A stretch of DNA of 31,867 bases from Promethearchaeota archaeon (GCA_011364925.1 RDOA01000044.1:1-31867); one strand, 5' to 3'; positions 17,786 to 26,382 are shown, numbered from the stretch's first letter. Numbers and translations are program-made. Notes: generated by a model from the sequence alone, not told the origin.

Positions 17786-19117
17786 ATGATTCTGTTAATT
17801 AACCCTAAAACAACAAAATCTACCGAACCTCAAACAGAATTCTTTAGAGAACCAAACCTTGGAATCTTATATTTAGCTGCAATTTTGGACCAAAATAATA
17901 TTTCAGTAGAAACCCTTGACTTAGAACAGTACTACGGTTTGGAAACCGATGCAATTCACAAACTTATTATTGAAAAAGCTAGGCAAAACCAAATTATTGG
18001 AATCACATCGCTTACAAACACATATTATCTAGCTTTAGAGATTGCTAAATTAATTAAAAGCTATGATTCCACTAAGATTGTAGTGCTAGGTGGTCCTCAT
18101 GTATCATTTGAATACGAGAACATTCTTGAAAATGAAGATGCAATTGATTTCATTTGCGTAAAAGAATCTGAAACCTCCTTTCTGAAATTAGTGAGACTCA
18201 TCAATCGTGTGCTAAAAGAAAACGCGTCGATAAACAATTACGAAAAACAACTAACAAGTATTAAAGGGTTAGCGTTTAAAAATTCCAGAGGAGAAGTTAC
18301 CTTCACGGGATTTCCCCAAACAGTTAACATTAACGATCTACCTTTACCCGCTAGATATCTATTAACCCAAGAAAATTTCTACTATAGAGTAGCGAGCGTT
18401 ATTATTAATAGAGGGTGTCCAAACCAGTGTTCTTTTTGCTCCAGACAAAAAATGTCACCTGTCGTCCGCATAAGAAGTCTCGAATCGATCTATGCCGAAA
18501 TAAGAGATATCATAGCGTTCCAAACTTATAATTATATCAACTTTTACGACAATATTAACATTAATAAAAAGTTCTTTCATGATTTTTGTAGATTGTTCAT
18601 CGACAATAAGATTGAAATTCCGTGGGGTTGTGAATTACGCGTTGACACAATTTCCGCCAAAGAAGCGCAGTTATTAAAAGAAGCTGGATGTAGGCTGGTA
18701 GCAACTGGAATAGAATCCGCAAACATTATAGTGTTGGAAAGAAATTTAAAGTTCCAAGATCCCCTTAAAGTTGTTACAGGGATAAAACATCTTAAATCGG
18801 TTAATATCCCCATTCAAGCGTATTTTGTATTGGGTTTACCCGGTGAAACTGAAGATAGTTTTAAAGAGACAATAGAGTTCATAAAAAACTTACCTTTTAC
18901 TAACGATGACAAAATTAACTATTTTGTAGCTACGCCTTATCCTGGCTCTCGTTTATGGGACGAGAGAGAGATGTATAAATTAAACATCCTGGAACAAGAT
19001 TATACTAAATACGATTGTCAACATATCATCTTTGAAACAAGCGATTTGGATGTAAAGAAGCTTAGAAGTTTGTACGTCATCGCAAAAGAGATTGAAAAAT
19101 TGTATAATCCAACTTAA
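17786..19117 (+). CDS. Cobalamin-binding radical SAM protein
   Basis: PNLGILYLAA, VLGGPH B12-binding domain; RGCPNQCSFC CxxxCxxC motif; GIES, YFVLGLPGET, ATPYPGS. Confidence 0.94.
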   Translation: MILLINPKTTKSTEPQTEFFREPNLGILYLAAILDQNNISVETLDLEQYYGLETDAIHKLIIEKARQNQIIGITSLTNTYYLALEIAKLIKSYDSTKIVVLGGPHVSFEYENILENEDAIDFICVKESETSFLKLVRLINRVLKENASINNYEKQLTSIKGLAFKNSRGEVTFTGFPQTVNINDLPLPARYLLTQENFYYRVASVIINRGCPNQCSFCSRQKMSPVVRIRSLESIYAEIRDIIAFQTYNYINFYDNININKKFFHDFCRLFIDNKIEIPWGCELRVDTISAKEAQLLKEAGCRLVATGIESANIIVLERNLKFQDPLKVVTGIKHLKSVNIPIQAYFVLGLPGETEDSFKETIEFIKNLPFTNDDKINYFVATPYPGSRLWDEREMYKLNILEQDYTKYDCQHIIFETSDLDVKKLRSLYVIAKEIEKLYNPT

Positions 19118-19413
19118 AGTATCGTTCGATGTGGTAGACAATAAGGAAATGCCCTTGTAAAATTGGTAAACGCGACTTTTTCCTCGCCCTTTTTAATAAG
19201 GCTCTTTATATCTTCCAATTGTTCTTTTTGTTTTTTGTAAATTGTGGAATCTAATCCTTTCTCTTCTAAATCTGTTATTAGAGTGCTAAGGTACTTTAAT
19301 AAGACATTCCCTTCTTCTTCTTTAAACTTTTTAAAGTCTTCCCTACATATTGCCAAAACTGCCGATCCATCTGGCTGTCGTGGATATCTACCTTTTGATA
19401 ATGTATTTGACAT
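19114..19413 (-). CDS. Hypothetical protein (helical, 99 aa)
   Basis: Clean ORF with strong GGAGAG SD-like motif upstream; no recognised family motif. Confidence 0.7.
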   Translation of the reverse strand: MSNTLSKGRYPRQPDGSAVLAICREDFKKFKEEEGNVLLKYLSTLITDLEEKGLDSTIYKKQKEQLEDIKSLIKKGEEKVAFTNFTRAFPYCLPHRTIL

Positions 19414-19630
19414 GCTTTAATTTCTCTCCTCTATAGAAAATTTCATATCTGTATTCTTTAAAGTACATGGCAATTCTAATATTTATAATTATCTAAGAAG
19501 CTTTTTTTTCTAAATACGGGAAGGATAATTTTAATAATCTAGAATTAACTTTTATTTAATGTAGTAAGAAATATTTTGTAATATCTAAACCATATAAAAA
19601 AATAAATAAAAATTAGGTACTGTTTTTATT

Positions 19631-20914
19631 ATGGCAAAAAGTGAATACTACATCGGCGAAGCATTACTTGGAGCCGAGGAAAATTTAGCTCACATAGATT
19701 TGATTATTGGTTCTAAAGATGGCCCGGTTGGGGTATCTTTTGCAAACGCTCTCAGTTCACCTTCGATGGGACATGGAGGTCTTCTAGCGTGTATCAGACC
19801 AAATCTCCTTACAAAACCGGTCAGTCTTGTTATTCCTAAAGTTACTGTCTCAAAGATGGAAGAAGCAAACAAAATTTTTGGACCCGCTCAAGCTGCCGTT
19901 GCTAAGGCTATTGCCGATGCAGTAGAAGAAAATCTAATACCAATGAATAAACTTGACGAATGGGTACTTATTGTAAGCGTCTTTATTCACCCTGCTGCAA
20001 AAGACTATCGGAAAATCTATCAATATAACTATAGCGCTACTAAGCTGGCGATTCAAAGAGCTTTGAAACAATACCCTCCAATTGAGAAAATTTTCTACGA
20101 TAAAGATCGAGCAAAGCATCCAGTTGCTGGAATGAAAGTACCAAGATTATGGAGACCTCCATATATTCAAATAGCTTTGGATCATCCAGATTTAGAACAC
20201 CATATTAAAGTGGTTCAGCAATTACCGAAGAGCGACAGAATTATCTTAGAGATCGGAACACCATTTCTTAAAAAATATGGAATGGAAGCGATAAAAAAAA
20301 TACGAGAGCTTGTTCCTCAAAAATTTATCGTTGCAGATTTAAAAACCCTGGATGTTGGGAAGTTAGAAGTAGACTTCGCCTTTGATGCAACAGCTGATGC
20401 AGCTGTTGCAAGCGGATTAGCTGCAGCTTCATCCATTGATAAATTCCTTTTAGAAGCAAGTCGTATGGGAATTTATGGTTATGTTGATACCATGGAAGTA
20501 GACGATCCCGTCGCAAAATTAAGTAAGCTAAAACAGATACCCGATGTCGTCATTTTACATCGGGCTATTGATGTAGAACAATCTGCTGGAGCTGAAGCTC
20601 CAGATGCGGCTCAAAAAGCAAGATGGGCAGCTATACCTAAGATTAAGGAAATGTATAAAGGTCAAAAGCTAGCTTCTGGAAGAGATCGCGTTCTCGTTGC
20701 CGTAGCAGGAGGTATAGATCCAAGCACTGCCAATTATGCATTAGAGATGGGAGCAGACATTTTAATTGTAGGTAGGTTTGTGACATCATCTAAAGACATT
20801 GAAAATTCAATGCGAAGACTCCTTAACATCATTCCAGGTTATTCAGATATTGACCTAAAAAGAATTCACACCGAGGATGACGATGCTTCTGTAAAGAAGC
20901 CTAGATGGGATTAA
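19631..20914 (+). CDS. fae-hps: Bifunctional formaldehyde-activating enzyme / 3-hexulose-6-phosphate synthase
   Basis: Fae: IGEAL.G, AHIDLIIG, FGPAQAAVAKA, VFIHP, NY.ATKLAI; Hps: LWRPPYIQIALD, LEIGTP, ADLKTLDVG, LHRAID, VAVAGGI, ILIVGR. Confidence 0.95.
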   Translation: MAKSEYYIGEALLGAEENLAHIDLIIGSKDGPVGVSFANALSSPSMGHGGLLACIRPNLLTKPVSLVIPKVTVSKMEEANKIFGPAQAAVAKAIADAVEENLIPMNKLDEWVLIVSVFIHPAAKDYRKIYQYNYSATKLAIQRALKQYPPIEKIFYDKDRAKHPVAGMKVPRLWRPPYIQIALDHPDLEHHIKVVQQLPKSDRIILEIGTPFLKKYGMEAIKKIRELVPQKFIVADLKTLDVGKLEVDFAFDATADAAVASGLAAASSIDKFLLEASRMGIYGYVDTMEVDDPVAKLSKLKQIPDVVILHRAIDVEQSAGAEAPDAAQKARWAAIPKIKEMYKGQKLASGRDRVLVAVAGGIDPSTANYALEMGADILIVGRFVTSSKDIENSMRRLLNIIPGYSDIDLKRIHTEDDDASVKKPRWD

Positions 20915-21035
20915 ACTCAAATATAATGTTATCTTTTCTTGATAACAAATTTTCTTCTAAAATTAGTTTTTCATGTTCTTTAGAAATGGGTACACTGCTT
21001 TTCGAATTTAATTTTTAGATATTCTCGAAAGAAAC

Positions 21036-21554
21036 TTACATTCTAGAATCACTTGAAGGAGGATCTATTTCTACTCTTTTCTGCTTAAATACATCTAGCA
21101 TAATGTCTCCGAAATTTATTCTTCTTTGTTTAAAGTCAGATTTTTCCTCAAGTTTATTCCTGTTTAATGTGAGTTTCCACTTAATTAACTTGTAATTTCC
21201 CTTTTTATCCAATAGTATCGCCCCATCCTTTCTTTTTTTGAGATGAACCCATGTTTCGCCATAACCTGTTGGTACGATATTAGCTATGTCGTGCCATCTT
21301 ATCCATTTACCTCTCCATTTTTTGCTACTCAGATATGTTAGGCCTGTAATATCAACTCCAGCTCTTCTTCTCCAAACAAGACCATTGTCACTGACTACTA
21401 AGAACCCATCTCCATAATCAACAGTAGTCTTCTTTACTTCTCTAAGTTTACATTTTGAGGTGATTATTGGAGACCCTAATGGTTCAGTAGACGCAATTTT
21501 TTCATACATACCCAAGCAATCGGGTGAAATCTCCCAACCTTCGATTATTGGCAA
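21036..21554 (-). CDS. Hypothetical basic protein, possible PH/GRAM-like fold
   Basis: TTG start with GAGTGA upstream; GFLVVSDNGLVWRR...WIRWHDIANIVP pattern and C-terminal helix reminiscent of PH-like domains. Confidence 0.65.
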   Translation of the reverse strand: MPIIEGWEISPDCLGMYEKIASTEPLGSPIITSKCKLREVKKTTVDYGDGFLVVSDNGLVWRRRAGVDITGLTYLSSKKWRGKWIRWHDIANIVPTGYGETWVHLKKRKDGAILLDKKGNYKLIKWKLTLNRNKLEEKSDFKQRRINFGDIMLDVFKQKRVEIDPPSSDSRM

Positions 21555-21595
21555 TTAAAATCACTCTTATTTTTTAATAATGAGCAGTAAGATTC

Positions 21596-21609
21596 CTTTT
21601 ATATAAAAG
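21596..21609 (-). promoter_or_regulatory. Candidate TATA box of the 21036..21554 gene
   Basis: Palindromic CTTTTATATAAAAG preceded on the minus strand by an A-rich BRE-like run, about 40 nt upstream of the start. Confidence 0.45.
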
Positions 21610-21685
21610 TTTTTACATATCTGGCGTTAGTTATAGTGAAAAATTTTTTCTAAAACTTATCTAAAAATTCCGTCAGAAATTAATC

Positions 21686-21712
21686 AAAAAGGGAAAAAAA
21701 GAAGATAAAAAA
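21686..21712 (-). terminator. Oligo-T terminator-like tract after the TrmB-like gene
   Basis: Minus strand reads TTTTTTATCTTCTTTTTTTCCCTTTTT, about 50 nt downstream of the stop. Confidence 0.45.
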
Positions 21713-21760
21713 TAAATATTGTACGAGATTTGCCATTCTCTAATTCTGGCTAATCTCCTC

Positions 21761-24016
21761 TTACTTAATTGGACGACTATTAGCTTGAAAGATTGGTCCT
21801 ATAAACTGACTATAAAGAATACTGAAAGCAGATTGATTTGATATGACGCTAATCATCTCACTTTCTTTATCTGTCGCCGGGCCTATGATAACCTCTTCCG
21901 CGTCTCGTGTGAGTGCGAAGAATTCACCTGCACCGCTAAGTTGTCTGAACTGGATGTTTCCAAGTCCCATCATTTTGCGAATTATATCACCATATTGACT
22001 CATTTCAAAACGAGATGTAAGCATAAATCGCACAGCTTTCTTCTGATAAGCGTATTCACTGATTACTTGTAAAATTTCGGGAATTACATAAGGCATAACG
22101 ATAATAATTGAAGATTTAACCCTATAAATCGCATCTTTTATAGCTGCTATTAATGCATCTCGACCAACTACTTGCCATGTAGTAATGTTCTCAATTTCTG
22201 GTATAGAACTCGATGCAATGTGGATATCTCCTAATTTACTTTCGTTCTTTTCAGCAAACTCGGTAGCATCGTCAATTGAATTCATAAAATGTAGTGTAAA
22301 ATCCGCAATAGCGTCTTTAATATTTTGAGTGGTATCTCGAGTTGTCGTAGAAAGACTATTTTGTAACGTTTTCGCGTTATTTTCGTATTTTGTTTTATGA
22401 TCGATTAACATCTCACTTAAGTTCCTATCTAGATCTGCTGATTCATCGCCCCATAAATTAATTTCGGCAGTAATATTATCTGAAGCGTCTCGTTTACCTC
22501 CAGTAAATTTATCGTCGAGATCTCTTATCCAATCCTCCTTAATGCGTTTAACATCAGTGTCGAACGTACTGTAATTTCTCAAAGATTCCTCTTTGTGCCT
22601 ATTGATGGCATCGTCGTATTGTCTGTGGTGAGTTTTAAGCGAGTTTTCTAAAGAGTCTTTCAATTTTACTGTCGTATCTGAACAATCTTTTACACCATTT
22701 TGTAAAGTATTGTCAACTTCACCAGCCATATCCGATGCTAATGTTTCTAATTGAACATTGATTGTTTCTTGAGCTTTATGATCTAAATCTGTAGTTTCGG
22801 ATACTACATTGTCATTTTCAGTGGTCATAATCTGGGTAACGTCTGATTTTAAGCTATCTGTTGTTTCTCTGGTGTTCTTAATATAATCATCACTAGTGGT
22901 TGTAAAATCGTCTTTCATTGGTTCAGTGAATTTTAATATGTTTTGAATAGTTGTCTCGTGCCTTGCTTTGTATTTTTTCTTCTTCCCCATCCAGAAAAAG
23001 CCTTTTTTAGCCATATCCTCTGAAAAATCAGTGAATCTATTTGCATGCTCCAATAAGTTGTCGATTAATGTTAATGTCATACTTTTAAAATCGTTGGATT
23101 GAGTTGTTAACACTCTGTGTCTTTCGTCGACTGTAGATTTCAAGTTCGTTTGAAGTGTATCGGTGGTATTTTTAAGGTGGTTCAAGTGTTCTTTTAACAA
23201 GTGTGAAATTCTCTCTTTTAGATCGATAACGATTTTATCCATGCGTTCTAGATATTTTTCGAGAATTTGCTCCAATCTTGGTTTAAGGTCATTAGCGATG
23301 GTTTGATGTCTATCAACGTGATTATCTAAGTTACTTTTTAATTCTTTTTCTAAATCGTCTACTCTTTTTGTAAAATCTGCTAACAGATTTGCAATTAAAC
23401 CAGTCAAGCCTTCTTTAGTTCTATCTACCATCGATTCATTTTCTTTTACTCTGCCATCGCTGATATTTTTGATATCAGAATTTAGAGTATCCATAATAGA
23501 ATGTAGATTCTCTTCCAAAGACTTTGAAGTGTCTGTGAATCGATTTCTAGCGCTATTAATTCTATCTCTTTTATCATTATTCTTAGTATCTGAATCGCTG
23601 AAAAAAGAGGTAAGTTGATCACTAACAGCAGTTTCTACCTCGTTTATGCTTTTGTCTTGAATAGCTTCTAACTTTTCAAAACGGCTTGATTGATCCGCCA
23701 GGATGGAGTCCTTAATTTTGGCAATCTCGTCTCTAAAGACTTTAGATTCTCCAATATATAACTCAAAAAATGGTTCTAACGGAATGAATCGATCTACAAT
23801 CCCCGTTACCTTTTTGAGAAAGCCAGTTTCGACTAACCAATCAGTAATCTCTAGAACAGATTCATACGATAACTCTGGATGTTCTTCAGCTAAGCTGAGG
23901 TAAACTTCAGATGATGTCGCCCTTGGAACTCGAAGATAAACAAGGTATACATTGATCTGATCTTCTGTGAAACCATATCTCGTGAAAATTTCCTTCGTAA
24001 ATTCTTTTAAGCTCAT
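21761..24016 (-). CDS. TrmB-like protein: N-terminal wHTH, about 520-aa coiled coil, C-terminal PLD-like (TrmB effector) domain
   Basis: YGFTEDQINVYLVYL...TSSEV...L.ETGFL.....RFIPLEP is a TrmB-type HTH; TWQVVGRDAL...IYRVKSSIIIVMP...TRDAEEVIIGP matches the TrmB PLD-fold domain without HKD; middle region helical with only two prolines. Confidence 0.8.
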   Translation of the reverse strand: MSLKEFTKEIFTRYGFTEDQINVYLVYLRVPRATSSEVYLSLAEEHPELSYESVLEITDWLVETGFLKKVTGIVDRFIPLEPFFELYIGESKVFRDEIAKIKDSILADQSSRFEKLEAIQDKSINEVETAVSDQLTSFFSDSDTKNNDKRDRINSARNRFTDTSKSLEENLHSIMDTLNSDIKNISDGRVKENESMVDRTKEGLTGLIANLLADFTKRVDDLEKELKSNLDNHVDRHQTIANDLKPRLEQILEKYLERMDKIVIDLKERISHLLKEHLNHLKNTTDTLQTNLKSTVDERHRVLTTQSNDFKSMTLTLIDNLLEHANRFTDFSEDMAKKGFFWMGKKKKYKARHETTIQNILKFTEPMKDDFTTTSDDYIKNTRETTDSLKSDVTQIMTTENDNVVSETTDLDHKAQETINVQLETLASDMAGEVDNTLQNGVKDCSDTTVKLKDSLENSLKTHHRQYDDAINRHKEESLRNYSTFDTDVKRIKEDWIRDLDDKFTGGKRDASDNITAEINLWGDESADLDRNLSEMLIDHKTKYENNAKTLQNSLSTTTRDTTQNIKDAIADFTLHFMNSIDDATEFAEKNESKLGDIHIASSSIPEIENITTWQVVGRDALIAAIKDAIYRVKSSIIIVMPYVIPEILQVISEYAYQKKAVRFMLTSRFEMSQYGDIIRKMMGLGNIQFRQLSGAGEFFALTRDAEEVIIGPATDKESEMISVISNQSAFSILYSQFIGPIFQANSRPIK

Positions 24017-24290
24017 AAGCTTTTCTCCATTTCTAAAATTAAAATTTGTTGTAATTCACATTAAAATAAATTTAATCTGAATTTCTTATTAAGATTTTTA
24101 TAATATTTTAAAGTTATAATTATATCTTCAAAATTATTATATTAAAACTTAAGGTTACATACATCTCATATTTTGAGTTTTTCTTTCTCCCTCAAAAAAA
24201 GAAATGGAGATAATATCTAAGACAACAATGTATAAAAATTAGCAATTTCTTAGAGTTTAGTTAATTAGATATTTCTAAATTTATCAATCG

Positions 24291-24320
24291 GGAAAAATTA
24301 TTCCTCAATCCTTTTTATAT
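24291..24320 (+). promoter_or_regulatory. Imperfect palindrome plus TATA box upstream of the surface-protein gene
   Basis: GGAAAAATTATTCC (24291-24304; 12 of 14 positions symmetric) followed by TTTTATAT (24313-24320), about 30 nt before the start at 24352. Confidence 0.4.
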
Positions 24321-24351
24321 GGAATGATTTTGTAATAATTAAAACAATATA

Positions 24352-25050
24352 GTGAAAAAAACCATGAAAAAAGTAAGTAAAATTCTATTAGGCACTTTTT
24401 TCTTGATGCTTCTATTCTCGACGATTACATCGTTTAATGTTGTAGCGATTACTGATCCCGATGAAGTCATTGATGTTCCAGGTGACACAAATCAAGCACA
24501 AGTACAAGCGAACGTTGCAACGATGTTTCGATTTAGACAAAGAACTCAACTAAGGATACAAGCGAATGTCAATTTGAATCTTAATCTTGAATGTGATGCT
24601 TTAAGAATCGGGGATAAAGATTTTGTCCTTGAAATTGAAGGAAATGGTGACCTTCAAATGAACATGACCTGCACTCAAGAACAAGAACAATTGGGATTAA
24701 TGCTGGGAAATACATATCGGATAAGGAATCAAAACCAATACCAATATCAGGAAGGATTTGTCATTGATATCGAGTGCAATGGAACATTTACACAAGCAAG
24801 AATCAGAATAAGAGCAACCAATGAAAATCGATTAGGTCAATTTGCTTATCATGATGAAGCAACTGGAAATTGGGTGAATGTTCCTACAACTGTGGATGAT
24901 GGTTACTTAACAGCAGATGTATCACATTTTTCAACATGGACAATTCTCTTACCTGATTATACTCCATTAATCGTAGGATTCAGTATCGGTGGCGGCGTTG
25001 CTGCTTTAATAGTAATAGCATTGGTGTTTTACATAAAAAAGAGAAAATAG
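24352..25050 (+). CDS. Secreted, C-terminally membrane-anchored surface protein with juxtamembrane HFS motif
   Basis: Basic + hydrophobic signal peptide, beta-rich Q/N-rich ectodomain, AYHDEATGNW...LTADVSHFSTWTIL, TM helix, KKRK tail. Confidence 0.85.
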   Translation: MKKTMKKVSKILLGTFFLMLLFSTITSFNVVAITDPDEVIDVPGDTNQAQVQANVATMFRFRQRTQLRIQANVNLNLNLECDALRIGDKDFVLEIEGNGDLQMNMTCTQEQEQLGLMLGNTYRIRNQNQYQYQEGFVIDIECNGTFTQARIRIRATNENRLGQFAYHDEATGNWVNVPTTVDDGYLTADVSHFSTWTILLPDYTPLIVGFSIGGGVAALIVIALVFYIKKRK

Positions 25051-25072
25051 TGCAAAAATTAACATCTTTAAC

Positions 25073-25083
25073 TTTTTTTTTTT
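25073..25083 (+). terminator. Oligo-T terminator-like tract
   Basis: Run of 11 T, 22 nt after the stop of 24352..25050. Confidence 0.5.
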
Positions 25084-25128
25084 AATTTTTAAAAAAATAT
25101 TCTAAAGAACAAAAATTGGATTAATATA

Positions 25129-26382
25129 ATGGTTAAATTGAAAATTCCAAACAAAACAAAACTATATAGCATTTTTGTTTTATTATTCATATTCATTAAT
25201 TTTAACATTTTTATTTCTCAAGTTTTAGCTTATAGAACTGAGAATATCCCGGGATTTTCGACTCAGGATAATATTTATCCTAATGAGTCTGTAGAATACC
25301 TTTTTTATAACAATATAGTTTTCGATATTTCTACCGATACTTTTATCAATCTTAATATTCAATATGAGAATAACATCGAAAATCGTCAAATCTATTTCCA
25401 GATTAACAATAGTTTCCCAATTGCTCTTAATATTAGTTCCAAAACCTCTATGCAGAATTTTGGAATGCCTCAATCTCCTCAAGGACCAAGAAAAGACGAC
25501 AACCAATTTCGTTATGGATACAACTGTATACTTCAAATTAAGAGTAATACAACCATAGAACATTTGGTTATAAGTAGTGTTAAAAGGGCTTCATACGGAT
25601 TAAATCCTAATTTAAAGTATTCACTAGCGTTATACGAATCGTCGCAAGACTCATGGGAGCTTATTGATACGAGCGAGGTGTTAAATGAAACTACTTCAGA
25701 GTTTTCTTTAACTGGTACAGTTTCTAATTTACAAGCTGACACTGAATACTTTATTACATTTTACGAAGTTACTGAAATTTTTAACAATTGGATTTTAGTA
25801 ATTGTTTTAATTATAGGTGCGTTAGGTATTGCTTCTTTAGCTATCTTAATTTCAAAAAGTGATTATTTTCAATATCTTAAAACCAGGACGGTGCCAATTG
25901 AAAAAGGTGCGCATCGCTTAAGCTTGGAAGAAGTTTTAGAAAATGAAAACCGGAACAAAATTATTGATCTAATACTCAAGGAACCTGGAATCCATTTCAA
26001 CGAGTTGCTAAGAAAAACTGAATTAGCAGCGGGTAATCTCGTATGGCACCTCGATATATTAGAAACATACAAAGTTATAGGGAAAAAAAGAATAGGTAAC
26101 TTTATCGCCTACTTCCCGTACTACCAAAAAAATCCCATTTCAAATCTTGATCTTCAGTTAAGTAAGAGTAAATTAACACTAGAGATTTTAGAAATGATCG
26201 AAAAACAACCAGGTCTATGGAATAGCGTAATAACAAAACATTTTAAGGTAGATCATAAAACTATTCGATATCACATAGAAAAATTAAAGGATCTTAATCT
26301 TATTAATTTTAAAAGTGACGGTAGAAAGAAAAAGATTTTCCCTAATCTGGATTCAGAGTATTTTAATAATAAAAATTCTTAG
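25129..26382 (+). CDS. Membrane-spanning transcriptional regulator: ectodomain + TM + tandem winged-HTH (COG3398-like)
   Basis: N-terminal signal/TM, beta-rich ectodomain, TM WILVIVLIIGALGIASLAILI, then VLENENRNKIIDLILKEPGIHFNEL...LVWHLDILE and a second HTH ILEMIEKQPG...TIRYHIEKL. Confidence 0.88.
   Translation: MVKLKIPNKTKLYSIFVLLFIFINFNIFISQVLAYRTENIPGFSTQDNIYPNESVEYLFYNNIVFDISTDTFINLNIQYENNIENRQIYFQINNSFPIALNISSKTSMQNFGMPQSPQGPRKDDNQFRYGYNCILQIKSNTTIEHLVISSVKRASYGLNPNLKYSLALYESSQDSWELIDTSEVLNETTSEFSLTGTVSNLQADTEYFITFYEVTEIFNNWILVIVLIIGALGIASLAILISKSDYFQYLKTRTVPIEKGAHRLSLEEVLENENRNKIIDLILKEPGIHFNELLRKTELAAGNLVWHLDILETYKVIGKKRIGNFIAYFPYYQKNPISNLDLQLSKSKLTLEILEMIEKQPGLWNSVITKHFKVDHKTIRYHIEKLKDLNLINFKSDGRKKKIFPNLDSEYFNNKNS

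Noticed and set aside
21761-24016. Annotation as SMC/Rad50 ATPase, chemoreceptor or active phospholipase D
   Set aside because: No Walker A/B, no CxxC hook, no chemoreceptor hairpin-tip consensus and no HKD motif
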